A stretch of 64,000 nt of DNA from Candidatus Woesearchaeota archaeon (GCA_002687275.1 NYZT01000011.1:8040-72039); one strand, 5' to 3'; positions 35,905-46,347 are shown, counted from the first letter of the stretch. Program-made: numbers and translations. Notes: generated by a model not told the origin, from the letters alone.

Positions 35905-36789
35905 CTACATCTTTTCCAGGCGAGAAATCCTTTCTTCGATAGGTGGGTGGGTGGCAAACAGCGCGATGGTTTTGCCCTTGGTCTTTCTGAAGGGTGTGGA
36001 GATGAATAAGTGCGCGGTTGCCCTGTTTGCCCTGTCTACTAGGGGATCAGGATCTCCTTGGATTTTTTTGAGAGCGCTGCTGAGACCAGGAGGGTATCTT
36101 GTCAGGGCCGCTCCTGTGGCGTCGGCCAGGTATTCTCGCTGTCTGCTCACGGCTAGCCGCATTAGGTGTCCGATAATGGGTGCGAGGATGGCGAGTGCTA
36201 TGGCTAGGATGAGTAGTGCAGGATGGCCCTTTCTGTTATCTCCGCCCCCAAACCAAAGACTTCGTAGGAAGAAGTCTCCTAGCAGCGTCACCACGCCGAC
36301 GAGGACGGTGGTGAGCATCATTAATCGAATGTCAAAGTTCTTGATGTGCGCCATCTCGTGCGCTATGACTCCTTCTAGCTCTTGCCTGTTGAGCTTGTCC
36401 AACAATCCTGTTGTCACGGTGACTGAGGAATGTTTGGGGTCTTTGCCTGTGGCAAACGCGTTTAATGCTGTATCATCGATCACGTACGCTTTTGGTGTTG
36501 GTATGCCTGCTGCAACGGCTAATCCTTCTATGGTGTGGTGGAGGTGGGGAAATTCTTTCTTGGTCACGGGTCTTGCGCCGGTCATGTTGAGTATCATGCT
36601 TCCTCCAGTGTTGAAGACTATGAAGAAGTATATAGCTCCCACTAAGGTGGACATGATGACGCCAAACCACATGTTGCCGTAGTACAGGCCCAAAACGCTG
36701 CCGAGCAAGCCCACGATGATGACGAAAAGTATGACTAGGATGGCGGATTTGATGTTGTTAGACCGAATTTGCTGGAATAGCGTTGCCAT
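35905..36789 (-). CDS. htpX: M48 zinc metalloprotease HtpX
   Basis: HEMAHIKNFD (HExxH), N-terminal TM helices and a downstream Glu region; classic LemA-HtpX gene pair. Confidence 0.8.
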   Translation of the reverse strand: MATLFQQIRSNNIKSAILVILFVIIVGLLGSVLGLYYGNMWFGVIMSTLVGAIYFFIVFNTGGSMILNMTGARPVTKKEFPHLHHTIEGLAVAAGIPTPKAYVIDDTALNAFATGKDPKHSSVTVTTGLLDKLNRQELEGVIAHEMAHIKNFDIRLMMLTTVLVGVVTLLGDFFLRSLWFGGGDNRKGHPALLILAIALAILAPIIGHLMRLAVSRQREYLADATGAALTRYPPGLSSALKKIQGDPDPLVDRANRATAHLFISTPFRKTKGKTIALFATHPPIEERISRLEKM

Positions 36790-37341
36790 CTAAAACTCTA
36801 CTTTTACGTTCTTTTTTTCTGACTCTTCAACCTCAAACATCTCTTCTTGTTTGAAGCCGAGACTGTTAGCGATAATGTTGTTTGGAAAGACTTGTATTTT
36901 GTTGTTAAAACTCATCACGACGTCGTTGTAGTGTTGTCTTGAGTAGCTGATCTTGTTCTCTGTGCCTGTTAATTCTTCTTGGAGTTGCAAGAAATTTTCG
37001 TTGGCCTTGAGCTGTGGGTAGTTTTCTACTTGTACCATTAAACTACCGAGTGCGTTGCTGAGTTTTGTGCTTGCCTGTGCCTTCGCTCCCATGGTGGCAG
37101 CCTTCATGACCGCTGTTCTTTCTTTGGTGATCTCTGTCAGCAAGTTCTTTTCGTGTTTTGCGTATCCCTTGACTGTGTTGATGAGGTTGGGGATGAGGTC
37201 GTGCCTCCGTTTCAACTGCACGTCGATCTGTGCCAGGCTGTTCTTGATCTCGTTCTTCAGCCTGATGAGGCTGTTGTACAAGAAAATAACTGCTAGGATG
37301 ATGATTCCAAGAATGATCGCAATCCACCAACCAATACTCAT
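36790..37341 (-). CDS. lemA: LemA family membrane protein
   Basis: N-terminal TM (GWWIAIILGIIILAVIFLYN) followed by the LemA helical domain (LAQIDVQLKRRHDLIPNLINTVKGY...ENYPQLKANENFLQLQEEL). Confidence 0.75.
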   Translation of the reverse strand: MSIGWWIAIILGIIILAVIFLYNSLIRLKNEIKNSLAQIDVQLKRRHDLIPNLINTVKGYAKHEKNLLTEITKERTAVMKAATMGAKAQASTKLSNALGSLMVQVENYPQLKANENFLQLQEELTGTENKISYSRQHYNDVVMSFNNKIQVFPNNIIANSLGFKQEEMFEVEESEKKNVKVEF

Positions 37342-37919
37342 GCACTAGCAGATTGGTCCACTCTTTTTAAAGCTTCCTGAAAGGCGATGCTGTGTCCTAT
37401 GCCTTGAAAGCTGTAAGGATTCCAGCAGAAGAGCCTTGCTGCCCAGGCCATGGCACCAACACTCTCTCTAGGTTCATGGGTGTATCCATAATTGTTCTGC
37501 CATACTGCTAGTTTGACTATTTCGTACGCAAGATCACAGGCAAAGTCCCTGTCTGCGGTGGGATGTACAAGATTGCCAAAGCTGCTCAACACGTAGTCAC
37601 TCACTATGTTTTGTGGCGCATGATCGTCTATGCCTCCTTGATGTTGGTCAAGACCAACACGGTCAAAGCAGAGATAGACGTCATTTTCCTCGCGAACGTT
37701 TGAACGTTCGATCACTTCTAGAACTTCTGGGCCTTCACTTGGGTCTTTATCGTAGAACTCTCTGTGCACGATGCCAATCCGTATCGCCTTGTAGGCCGCT
37801 CCCACCTCGTTGCGTCCTCCGCCCCAGATAATCTGGTGTTTGGCATCTACTACCTTGAACTCCTTGAGGCCGTGGGTGGGTTCTACTGGCTTTCGGGGTC
37901 TACCTATCAGGGTCATCAC
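37338..37919 (-). CDS. hypothetical protein (possible macro/PARG-like fold, weak)
   Basis: IIWGGGRNEVGAAYKAIRIG is loosely reminiscent of macro-domain Gly-rich loops; otherwise unassigned. Confidence 0.3.
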   Translation of the reverse strand: MMTLIGRPRKPVEPTHGLKEFKVVDAKHQIIWGGGRNEVGAAYKAIRIGIVHREFYDKDPSEGPEVLEVIERSNVREENDVYLCFDRVGLDQHQGGIDDHAPQNIVSDYVLSSFGNLVHPTADRDFACDLAYEIVKLAVWQNNYGYTHEPRESVGAMAWAARLFCWNPYSFQGIGHSIAFQEALKRVDQSASA

Positions 37920-37947
37920 TAAGAGAGTAAAATAAGCCTTATAAAGG

Positions 37948-38262
37948 TCATTGTTCCAGCCTGTCCAAGCGCTTATCGTGATGAGACACTGTTTTCTTTA
38001 GTTGGGTGATCTCATACTCTATCTTGGTGAGCTGAGCAGTATGGGTCTGCAAGGTTTGCTCAATCCTCTGCAGTGTTTTGCCTGCCTGGAAACCGAGACC
38101 TATGATGGTTATGCCGCCTGCAAAATGGGGAAGATACTCAAGCCAGACCGGCGTGTGGATGAACCCTAGCAAGCCTGCGATAGCATACCCTAGCCATACG
38201 ACTAACCCTGCAATGGTTACCACGCGTGCTAGCGTCATCTGCCAGTCGGCAATTTGGGCCAT
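37948..38262 (-). CDS. small membrane protein with C-terminal coiled coil
   Basis: Two TM helices then LQRIEQTLQTHTAQLTKIEYEITQLKKTVSHHDKRLDRLEQ. Confidence 0.35.
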   Translation of the reverse strand: MAQIADWQMTLARVVTIAGLVVWLGYAIAGLLGFIHTPVWLEYLPHFAGGITIIGLGFQAGKTLQRIEQTLQTHTAQLTKIEYEITQLKKTVSHHDKRLDRLEQ

Positions 38263-38306
38263 TCTTCCTGCAACGTATCATTCCTTTTTATGCCTTTCGA
38301 CGAGAG

Positions 38307-38325
38307 ATCCGGAAGATTTCCGGAT
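38307..38325. promoter_or_regulatory. TCCGGAAGATTTCCGG palindromic motif (copy 3)
   Basis: atccggaagatttccggat; the 16-mer is identical to 14183-14198. Lies between two minus-strand membrane-protein genes. Confidence 0.45.
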
Positions 38326-38891
38326 TATTTTAGGGTGTCAGCTAGGCTTGCGCTCATGCTGGCAGGGAAGGTCACTATGGCGGTGCGTTTGAACGCGAGC
38401 AGTGCATCGGTACTCCAGGGTGCTTGCTGGATGAGGAAGAGTATGAGTCCTACGACACAGAAAGAAACGGCATAGGTTATGATGGCGCGCTTGAGAAACT
38501 CGTCAAAATAGTCTTGGATGCGGTTTTGTTCTTTGTAGTAATGGTAAAAGGCGAATATAGCCACGAAGGCTATCGAGAGCGCCATTATGCCAAGAATGTT
38601 GTTCAGGGGAAGTGTCGCTCCTAGCCTCCAGGTCTCTTCTGTGAACGCGACAGGAATGGCCAACAGGCTCGCGCCCACGACAACCTGGAAGAAGTCCTTC
38701 CAGTGAAACTCCACCATCAAGGGTTGCATGAAGTGGTGGAGCACCTTGCCCTTGGCGTCATGGACAGTGATGATCTCTTTTAGCTTGCCACCAATCCGCA
38801 TCACTTCGTGCTTTGCCTTGGCCATTACCGTCGAGAAAAGATTGCGGTTATTTAAGTGTTTCTGGTGGCCAACTTTATATGGTGTTGGCAT
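38325..38891 (-). CDS. membrane protein
   Basis: Four or five hydrophobic helices in the C-terminal two-thirds. Confidence 0.4.
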   Translation of the reverse strand: MPTPYKVGHQKHLNNRNLFSTVMAKAKHEVMRIGGKLKEIITVHDAKGKVLHHFMQPLMVEFHWKDFFQVVVGASLLAIPVAFTEETWRLGATLPLNNILGIMALSIAFVAIFAFYHYYKEQNRIQDYFDEFLKRAIITYAVSFCVVGLILFLIQQAPWSTDALLAFKRTAIVTFPASMSASLADTLK

Positions 38892-38906
38892 ATTCTAGGT
38901 CTTATG

Positions 38907-39185
38907 GATGTTTGCTGGCTAGTGGAGAGGGCTAAAGGGGGTTATGAATGGTCTGACACGAAAAAGAATGCCCGAATTCACCGAAAATTGGGAGAGCCTG
39001 TCACGCATGATCTTTCTGAGGCGCATGAGTCTTTTCTTGAAAAACCTGAATTTGTAGCTTGGAACTATAAACCATTCGAACGTTCCTTGCCTAAGAAAGG
39101 GGAAGTGTCGTTTATTGTTGAAGAGATTGATGTTGAAGCTCAACCTCCATACATTCGCGTCCAGTATGTGGTTGCGAAGAGATAG
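38907..39185 (+). CDS. hypothetical small protein (uncertain)
   Basis: ORF from internal ATG (MDVCWLVERAKGGYEWSD); converges on the lhr 3' end. Confidence 0.2.
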   Translation, partial: DVCWLVERAKGGYEWSDTKKNARIHRKLGEPVTHDLSEAHESFLEKPEFVAWNYKPFERSLPKKGEVSFIVEEIDVEAQPPYIRVQYVVAKR

Positions 39186-42032
39186 CTAGTCAATAACTTC
39201 TGCTTTTTTCTTCATGACGAACTTGATGAGGCGGTCTGGGTAGGCCTTTGGGATGGTGCCCTGGACGAGCTCGTTGAGGTAGCCGACGAACTCGTCGTTG
39301 AACTTGTCCTCGCCGTCTATCAAGCGGAAGAACTCGTCTGCGTACATTCTTGGAAGCCTTAGCTTTCTGGTGACTTCTAGGGCGTCGTGGCGCAACTCGT
39401 CCTGCGCTGACAGTTTTTCTTCTACCTTTTCGTCTTCTTGCTGCTTCCAGTAGTTTTGGTAGTCAAAGTCGTGGTCTTCCTGGCCTATCTTTGCAAGCAC
39501 GAGCTTGTGCATCCTGCGTAAGAACTCGTGCTTGTCCTCGATTTTCAGCACGTCTAGGTGTCCTTGGAGCGCGAGGTTGAAGGCGAAAGGACTTGGTGGG
39601 TTGGCGTGGATCTCTTTGACCAATATTTTGCCATCTCTCACGCCTTGCAATACGTTCATGGTGTTTTTGATGTCCATGACGTCCTCTAGGCATTCTCGTT
39701 TGGCTTCTTGGAGTATGCAAAAGTCGCGATCTAACCTTTCTAGTGCTTTCATGAGGATCATGCTGCTCACCTGCTGCCTGCCCACTCGCTTTTGCCTGCC
39801 TTTGTAGTTCCTTAGTATCATGAGGGCTCTTCCTGCACAGTGTCTGAAACGTCTCTTATACAACTCTGAGCGTTGGATGGCCAAGTCCATGACTTTTTCT
39901 AGCTTGTCTGGGCGTAACAACTTGAAGGCTTCTTTTGCCTTCACACGCTTGCCGGAGATGAAGAAGCCGTTGTCAGATATGCCTAGTTCTACGTCTCGCT
40001 TGTCTTTTTGGGCGAGCACGAAGGCCACGGCTCTGCTCAGGCAGTCGTTCACTCTTCTGCTGAAGAGTGTGTGGAAGACTGTTTTGCTGTCTTCTGTATT
40101 TTGTTCTATGCAAATAAGCTTGTCGTTGCCTAGCACGTTGCAGTAGTCGTACTGTTCGCGTAAGTAACTATAGAGTGCTAGCGCGGTGGTGGCATCAACC
40201 TCTAGGTATTCTTGTATCCAGGCGAGGATGTCTTTTTGTGGCTTGTTGTGGAGCATTCTTTCAAACACGAAGCGTCTGAACTTGCCGATGTCCTGTGCTA
40301 GGTCGTAGCTTAGCGGTAGCATCTCTGAGAACCAAGAAGGGACGGTGGGCATCTTGCTTATGGCTGGCTTTACCTGTGCCACCATGCCTCTGCTGAAGCG
40401 AAACTCGTACGGGTCCCCGCCTAGGAGGAAGATGTCTCCTTGTTTGAGGTGTTCGACAAAGGCTTCGTCGAGCGTTCCTACTGGATCTTCTCGTACTTTT
40501 ACGGTGATGTGGCTTTGGTCGGGTATGGTGCCGATGTTGGTCATGTAGATGACGCGGCTCATGCCACCGCTCTTGCCGATGCGGCCCCTTTCTCGCCATA
40601 ACCTTGCGAAGATGTTTCTGTCTGCAAGGGGTGCGAACTTTCCTGCGAGATAGTCCGCTATCTGCTCGAACTGTGAGCGTTTAAGGTCGTGGTAGCAATA
40701 ACTTTTTTTGATGGTCTTGTACATGTCATCCTCGTCCCAGTTTTGTTCTAGGGCCATCCCTAGGACGTGCTGCGCTAGGACGTCTAGCGCCATGGTGGGG
40801 ATGTGGAGTCGATCTATCTTTCCTTCTCTGGCGTTCTTCACCAGGCAAGCGCATTCTACGAGGTCGTCACGATCTAGCACGATTATCTTTGCTTTGATGG
40901 TCTCGTGGAGTTTGTGGCCCGCTCTTCCTGCTCGTTGCAAGAATCTGGCGACGCTCTTGGGACTGCCGAGACATATTACTAGATCAACAAAGCCGATGTC
41001 GATGCCGAGTTCTAGGCTTGTTGAGCTTACGCACGTTTTGAGCTCGCCTTTTCTGAGCCTGTTCTCTATCTTTAGTCTTGTGCTCTTGCTCATGCTGCCG
41101 TGATGCGCCCCTATGTTATCAAAGTATTTTTTTGGGAAGGTTCGTTTGAGATGGTCCACCACCCTTTCCGTGGCTGCCCTGGTGTTGGTGAAGACTATGG
41201 TGGTGCGATGTTCTTGTATGAGGGTGTCTATCTTTTTGTACAACTTCCTGTGGAGTTTTTGGTGGGAGGAATCAATAAGGTTTGCCACAGGGCTTAGCAC
41301 TTCTAGGTCGAGGTCTTTGGTGAAGTGTACTTGGACGATGTTGCAGTCTCGCTTGCCTACGAGGAAGCGTGCTATCTCATCTATTGGCGCGACGGTGGCA
41401 GAGAGTCCTACTCGGGACATGCTGGTCGCTATCCTGTTAAGCCGTTCTAAGGACACGGACAGGTGCACGCCTCGCTTGTTTTCTGCCAGGGCGTGGACTT
41501 CGTCAACGATGCACCACTGGACGTCGTGCAGGTGGTCTCGAAATTTTAGGCTAGAAAGCACAATACCTAGACTTTCTGGCGTTGTTATGAGGATGTGTGG
41601 TGGCTTTTTGAGCATCTTTGCTTTTTCTGATGCTGTCGTGTCTCCTGTTCTTACCGCCACTCTTACTTTTTTGGCACTGTCGCTTAGCTTGACCATCTCT
41701 TTTAGCGGTTCCAGCAGGTTGACCGCGATATCATTGTTCAACGCTTTTAGGGGCGAGATGTAGACGCAGTACACCTTGTCCTCAAGGATGTCCTTTTCTG
41801 CGCTGTCTACGAGCTCGTTGAGGATGGCAAGAAAGGCCGTTAGTGTTTTTGTGCTGCCGGTGGGAGCGCTCACCAACAGGTTTTGCCTGCTGTGGATTCT
41901 TTTGACGCCGTACCGTTGTGGTAAGGAAAACGAAGGAAATTTTCTAGTAAACCATTTTTTTACGGTGGGGGTGAGCAAGCGAGCTACGTCAGTCTGGCTA
42001 CTGGGCTTGTCCACATACGAGAGCGTTCCCAC
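39186..42032 (-). CDS. lhr: Lhr-like large ATP-dependent helicase
   Basis: 948 aa. Superfamily-2 motifs (APTGSTKTLTAFLA Walker A, VDEVHAL DExH, GSMSKSTRLKIENRL...LELGIDIG helicase C) and the long Lhr C-terminal extension. Confidence 0.85.
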   Translation of the reverse strand: MGTLSYVDKPSSQTDVARLLTPTVKKWFTRKFPSFSLPQRYGVKRIHSRQNLLVSAPTGSTKTLTAFLAILNELVDSAEKDILEDKVYCVYISPLKALNNDIAVNLLEPLKEMVKLSDSAKKVRVAVRTGDTTASEKAKMLKKPPHILITTPESLGIVLSSLKFRDHLHDVQWCIVDEVHALAENKRGVHLSVSLERLNRIATSMSRVGLSATVAPIDEIARFLVGKRDCNIVQVHFTKDLDLEVLSPVANLIDSSHQKLHRKLYKKIDTLIQEHRTTIVFTNTRAATERVVDHLKRTFPKKYFDNIGAHHGSMSKSTRLKIENRLRKGELKTCVSSTSLELGIDIGFVDLVICLGSPKSVARFLQRAGRAGHKLHETIKAKIIVLDRDDLVECACLVKNAREGKIDRLHIPTMALDVLAQHVLGMALEQNWDEDDMYKTIKKSYCYHDLKRSQFEQIADYLAGKFAPLADRNIFARLWRERGRIGKSGGMSRVIYMTNIGTIPDQSHITVKVREDPVGTLDEAFVEHLKQGDIFLLGGDPYEFRFSRGMVAQVKPAISKMPTVPSWFSEMLPLSYDLAQDIGKFRRFVFERMLHNKPQKDILAWIQEYLEVDATTALALYSYLREQYDYCNVLGNDKLICIEQNTEDSKTVFHTLFSRRVNDCLSRAVAFVLAQKDKRDVELGISDNGFFISGKRVKAKEAFKLLRPDKLEKVMDLAIQRSELYKRRFRHCAGRALMILRNYKGRQKRVGRQQVSSMILMKALERLDRDFCILQEAKRECLEDVMDIKNTMNVLQGVRDGKILVKEIHANPPSPFAFNLALQGHLDVLKIEDKHEFLRRMHKLVLAKIGQEDHDFDYQNYWKQQEDEKVEEKLSAQDELRHDALEVTRKLRLPRMYADEFFRLIDGEDKFNDEFVGYLNELVQGTIPKAYPDRLIKFVMKKKAEVID

Positions 42033-42103
42033 TACGATCTAATGCATGATTCCATCGTATAAAAGGATATGGTTAGTACTGACATTGCCACACCCTTGCT
42101 ATA

Positions 42104-42505
42104 GTGCCGTCTCGTTTGAGTAAGCGGTGTGATCCTTTACCATCGAAAACATTAAATATGAGTTGTTATGGCTTAGTAGTCATGGGCTTTTTGGATCTTT
42201 TAAAAACTCGGGGAATGAAGAACAAGGAACTCGAGATGAATCTTAATAATTGGAGCGCCAAGGTATCTAAGTGGACGATGGCTTTGGACGGTCTTGGGGC
42301 TACCCAAACGGGAGATGGGAGCAGGGCGCTGCAGGAATTTACCGGTTTGGCTAATAAAACGGTGCGCGAAATCCGGTCAAAACCAAGAGTAAATGTTTCT
42401 GAAGCTAAGGCGAAAATGGTTGCTGCCTTGTCTGTGGTTCTTGATGTCATGCAGGATGATGAATCAAAGGCAGAGATAGAGGCTGCCAGAGCTCTCCTGC
42501 AGTAG
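42104..42505 (+). CDS. hypothetical protein
   Basis: 133-aa ORF; no motif. Confidence 0.3.
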   Translation: MPSRLSKRCDPLPSKTLNMSCYGLVVMGFLDLLKTRGMKNKELEMNLNNWSAKVSKWTMALDGLGATQTGDGSRALQEFTGLANKTVREIRSKPRVNVSEAKAKMVAALSVVLDVMQDDESKAEIEAARALLQ

Positions 42506-42517
42506 TTTTTCTTGTGG

Positions 42518-43396
42518 TTACGGTTGGTACCTGATAAGAAGTCTTCCGCGTGCGATATTTGGGAGGGTTTTTCTGCCGTCTTCGCCAACAATGTACGTGG
42601 AGATGTTACCTGCGTCCACGGCGTACTCTAGCTGGGCACCGGTGCGTAGGGTGGGCCTGCCAAAGTGCTTTTCTAAGGAAGCGAGTGCCTCCGCAGGGTC
42701 GGCCTCACCGAAGTCACCTGCGGTTATTCCGCAGGAGGAAAACAAGACTACCGCGGTGAGCGGTGGCATTTGGTTATCCTTGTCGCTGCTCCAGCCGCGC
42801 CGGCCTACAAGATTAACGTTGTCGTTGTGTGGTATGCAGATTCTGCCAAGATCTACAGGTTCATCGGGTTCTCGCAGATCGCTGCCCTCTGCGGTGAGAA
42901 GTGTGTACAGTTGGCCTGGTTTTGTTTTTGGCATGTATATGTTGATTTCGTCAGGTTGGGGATGTCTCCAGTCGTCCATGAGCGTGCTGACTTCGTTAAC
43001 TCGGTCAACAACCGCGCCTAGGGTGGCGTAGCCTCCCCATCTTTGATTTACTGGTTCCTCTTCGTCAACGTTCCGGCTATGCAAGGAAAACAAGGGCACC
43101 GTAAGCACTTGGGAGAGACTCATTTCTTGTGGACCCTGTAGGTGTGGTTCGGCGTGTACGGTTCCGCGCAGATAGAACGTGCACCACTTGCCTGGCTCTT
43201 CTGCACGGCCTGGTGGAATGTCATTTCCGGTGACGAGTTCGAACCCAGAATATTCAACAGGGAAGTCTTCAAACAGCCATTCCATGGCGGCGATGCTTGT
43301 TCTTCCTGAGACGTCCTCAAGAGGAGTCTCTCGGATTTCTTGAAGAGTTGCACCAACGTCATCAGCAAGAGTCTCAAGCCACTCATCCGAGATCAT
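42518..43396 (-). CDS. hypothetical protein
   Basis: Start set at the internal ATG (MISDEWLETLADD), which removes the overlap with the upstream gene; no recognisable domain. Confidence 0.4.
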   Translation of the reverse strand: MISDEWLETLADDVGATLQEIRETPLEDVSGRTSIAAMEWLFEDFPVEYSGFELVTGNDIPPGRAEEPGKWCTFYLRGTVHAEPHLQGPQEMSLSQVLTVPLFSLHSRNVDEEEPVNQRWGGYATLGAVVDRVNEVSTLMDDWRHPQPDEINIYMPKTKPGQLYTLLTAEGSDLREPDEPVDLGRICIPHNDNVNLVGRRGWSSDKDNQMPPLTAVVLFSSCGITAGDFGEADPAEALASLEKHFGRPTLRTGAQLEYAVDAGNISTYIVGEDGRKTLPNIARGRLLIRYQP

Positions 43397-43442
43397 TGGT
43401 GGTGCAAAAAACGGGTGGCATAAAAACCTTAATGTCCGCTTT

Positions 43443-44606
43443 TTAAGCGTCGACGCGTCGCACAAACTCGCCCATGTCGTCCAGCGCGATCTTGACGGCT
43501 TCCTTGTCCCCGACGCGGGCGATGAACTCGAGCGAGGAGGGGAAGCGTTTGTAGAGATCCTCACCCTCTACGTCATCTCTGTGACTTTTTGCCCATCTCG
43601 CAGGTTCGGGGATGCCGAGTTTTTCCCCAAAATGCTCAAGAATGTAGTTTGCTAGACCTTCCTGGAATCCTTCTGCTGCGTGATGGATACTCCTGTCGGC
43701 CTCAACAGGGTGCGTCCCCTGACGGAGTAGTTCTCTTTGGTACCGCTGTTCTGAGAATACGCTGTTTAGGGGTATGGTCTCTGAGAACACGGTAAAGCTC
43801 ACCACGTCTCGTACAGGAAGAAAGATGGAAAAGCCAGGGTTGGTGCGGGAATGCTTTTTGTAGAGGGTGACGCTAGCCCCTAGTTGTTGACTAACTCGGT
43901 ATGTTCTGGCAATCTTTTCTGGTTCGTCAATGTTAAATCCTGATAACTCTGTGACCCGCCACACGTACCGTCCAAGATAGGCCTTGTTATGTGCAGAGCC
44001 TTCTTGTTTTCCGTTAATGCCTATCCAGGGTATCTCGAAAGGATGGAAGTCTGGATAGCGATCGTAAAGAAATTCGCATGCTCGCTCGGCGTAAGCCCTT
44101 ACATGCTCTGTGTGTTCTCTTAGTTCAGGAAGTACATAGTTACTGTTGGTGACCTTTGGGACGATATTTCCTTTTCTAACCCCTTTTCGCTCCATCTCTT
44201 TTTCGAGGCTATTCCACCCTCCTTTGATAACCTCGCGATATTCGTGCTCACTACCTCTTAGCGTTCTCTCGCTGTGAAGGGTGTGGAGTCTTTTCAGATT
44301 GTCAACAAACTGTTTTACGGAAGATGCGGAGGGTGCTCGAACGTCATATCTTTCAGGATAGTCGTCTTGTAAGTACAAAAACTTCCATTCTGGTGGCGTG
44401 CGTGGCCAGAACATCCAGGCGCCGCTTGCTAGTAGGGCTGTGCCGCCTAAACTTGCAAGAGCGAAGTTTCTGCGAGACGTGTTTGTGAGGGATTCTACAG
44501 CAGGGGTCGAAGCAGTACTTTGGGGTTCAGATTCTCCCTCCCACTCGCTTGGATGATTATTTTTTCTCTTTCTTTTGGCAATAGCCTTCCTCGTACGCCT
44601 ATTCAT
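43443..44606 (-). CDS. membrane-anchored hypothetical protein with basic N-terminus
   Basis: MNRRTRKAIAKRKRKNN... then one TM (LASLGGTALLASGAWMFW) and a 300-aa soluble domain. Confidence 0.4.
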   Translation of the reverse strand: MNRRTRKAIAKRKRKNNHPSEWEGESEPQSTASTPAVESLTNTSRRNFALASLGGTALLASGAWMFWPRTPPEWKFLYLQDDYPERYDVRAPSASSVKQFVDNLKRLHTLHSERTLRGSEHEYREVIKGGWNSLEKEMERKGVRKGNIVPKVTNSNYVLPELREHTEHVRAYAERACEFLYDRYPDFHPFEIPWIGINGKQEGSAHNKAYLGRYVWRVTELSGFNIDEPEKIARTYRVSQQLGASVTLYKKHSRTNPGFSIFLPVRDVVSFTVFSETIPLNSVFSEQRYQRELLRQGTHPVEADRSIHHAAEGFQEGLANYILEHFGEKLGIPEPARWAKSHRDDVEGEDLYKRFPSSLEFIARVGDKEAVKIALDDMGEFVRRVDA

Positions 44607-44712
44607 CTCTCGGAAAGCAAAACTTGCTTTAAAAACCCCTTCTTATTTATCACGACGGTGTGACGGTCATGAAGACTAACCTTATTATAGGGTTTTGTGC
44701 GTACAGGGAGGT

Positions 44713-45057
44713 ATGGGCTTACAAAAGAAGTTCGCAACCGGATTGGGTGCGGTGCTGTTGATTGTAGGCATTTGGGGTTTTGTGGCTAACAGCGTGTTGA
44801 TTTTTGACGTCAACACCGCCCACAACGTCCTGCACGTCATCACTGGCGTGCTAGGATTGGCTGCGGGCTTGGGTGCCGGAGCGCAAGCAAAGACGTTCAA
44901 TGTGATTTTTGGCTTGGTGTATGCCTTGGTCACGGTGTTGGGCTTGCTTAACGTTGCTAGCGTTGTGAACCTGCTGAACCTGAATGCTGCAGACAACATT
45001 CTGCACTTGATCATCGCCGTGGCCGCGCTTGGCGTGGGCTTTGGCAGCCATGACTAA
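44713..45057 (+). CDS. small four-helix membrane protein (DUF4383-like)
   Basis: MGLQKKFATGLGAVLLIVGIWGF... with repeated Gly/Ala-rich helices. Confidence 0.35.
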   Translation: MGLQKKFATGLGAVLLIVGIWGFVANSVLIFDVNTAHNVLHVITGVLGLAAGLGAGAQAKTFNVIFGLVYALVTVLGLLNVASVVNLLNLNAADNILHLIIAVAALGVGFGSHD

Positions 45058-45088
45058 CCTTTTTATTTCTTTTGTTTATTATTAGTCT

Positions 45089-45364
45089 ATGTCAGAAGTA
45101 GTTGATTTACGAGAGATGTTTCCCGGTTTGAGCGGTTATGCGATGCGTTCTATGGTAAAAACGGCTACTAACGATCCTAGTGATTTTGGGCATCTCCACC
45201 GCAGGATCTTTGAGGCGCGATTTGCTAATAGTGGTTTTAGGGGCAGCATGATTGCAGACAACCAAATATTCCTCGTTTTTGAAGGTGAGGGGAAAACGAG
45301 ACTGGGTTATCTGGGTGATGTCTCTCCGCAGCCAGGCGCGCGTTACAGCGTAACGCATATATAG
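45089..45364 (+). CDS. hypothetical protein
   Basis: 91-aa ORF; no motif. Confidence 0.3.
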   Translation: MSEVVDLREMFPGLSGYAMRSMVKTATNDPSDFGHLHRRIFEARFANSGFRGSMIADNQIFLVFEGEGKTRLGYLGDVSPQPGARYSVTHI

Positions 45365-45384
45365 TAATACGTCTGAGCACGGGT

Positions 45385-45864
45385 ATGCACCCGCTACAGA
45401 ACATCATCGATGAGGCAAAGAGAAGAGGTACGGATGTTGCAGCCACCGAACGAATGTTCTGTCAAAGATTTAACGAACACCTAGATATTGCTAGCAAGCG
45501 ATTGGCTCCCAGGAAAAAGTATCCTCGGAGTCCTGCCCAGATGCATTCCATACTGTTCGAGGCAAAAAAGCAAGAGATGCAGTTGCTCATGCCCCTTGCA
45601 GAAAGCTTTGCTTCTTACTCTGCACACCTAAAGGTGGTGGATGCTAGCCTGGCAGAGGGAGTTATTGCTGGCACGAGCACGTTTCATCCTGCCCTGCTGC
45701 AAAAGCTTGCCGAGCACATGCAGACGCTTATGCCTGAAGATCCTGCCTCCCACATCCAAGGGAATATACAATTTGCTGATAGCGAACAAGGGCCTCGTGC
45801 GAGCCTGGCAGAGCCGCTAAGCCTAAGGATTGAAGACTTGAATGACTTGCTTTCTCAGCTATGA
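45385..45864 (+). CDS. hypothetical protein
   Basis: 159-aa helical ORF; no motif. Confidence 0.35.
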   Translation: MHPLQNIIDEAKRRGTDVAATERMFCQRFNEHLDIASKRLAPRKKYPRSPAQMHSILFEAKKQEMQLLMPLAESFASYSAHLKVVDASLAEGVIAGTSTFHPALLQKLAEHMQTLMPEDPASHIQGNIQFADSEQGPRASLAEPLSLRIEDLNDLLSQL

Positions 45865-46314
45865 CCAGAAGCCTGCGTCTCGAAGCACGTGCTCTACGAC
45901 ATCTACGCAGTCTAACTTTTTGATCTCCTCAATGTTGAAAAATTTTGCTTGTGAGATGTCCTCTCTTGCCTCTAGTTCTGCATTTTTTGGCGATGCGAGA
46001 AAGAAAAAGACCACGCTATGGTAGTCTCCAGGTAAGTTGATGATTTCTTTATGGCACAAAAACTTGTGGATGTCGACGTCGAGGTTGGTCTCTTCTTTGA
46101 TCTCTCTTATGGCTGCCTCATGCAAGGTCTCACCCCACTGTACGCCGCCGCCAGGGATGACCCACTTGTCCTTGGCGTTCTTCTTGTTCCTCTGGCCCAG
46201 CAAGAACTTGCCATCCTTCATCACTAACGTTGCTGCGCCGATGCGTGGGCGTTGCTTGTCCATGATGGTGGCAATTTTGCTTTGTATATAAAACTGCGTA
46301 GAGGGGCGATCCAT
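45859..46314 (-). CDS. NUDIX hydrolase
   Basis: Canonical NUDIX box GGGVQWGETLHEAAIREIKEETNL. Confidence 0.7.
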   Translation of the reverse strand: MDRPSTQFYIQSKIATIMDKQRPRIGAATLVMKDGKFLLGQRNKKNAKDKWVIPGGGVQWGETLHEAAIREIKEETNLDVDIHKFLCHKEIINLPGDYHSVVFFFLASPKNAELEAREDISQAKFFNIEEIKKLDCVDVVEHVLRDAGFWS

Positions 46315-46347
46315 AATCCTTATAAATCGTGCGCTAGGATTACGAGT

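Noticed and set aside
41113-41763. 216-aa plus-strand ORF and several others inside lhr
   Set aside because: Antisense to the Lhr helicase gene; shadow ORFs.
44640-44700. Direct repeat gacggtgtgacggtc upstream of the DUF4383-like gene
   Set aside because: Short imperfect direct repeat with no second occurrence; likely chance.
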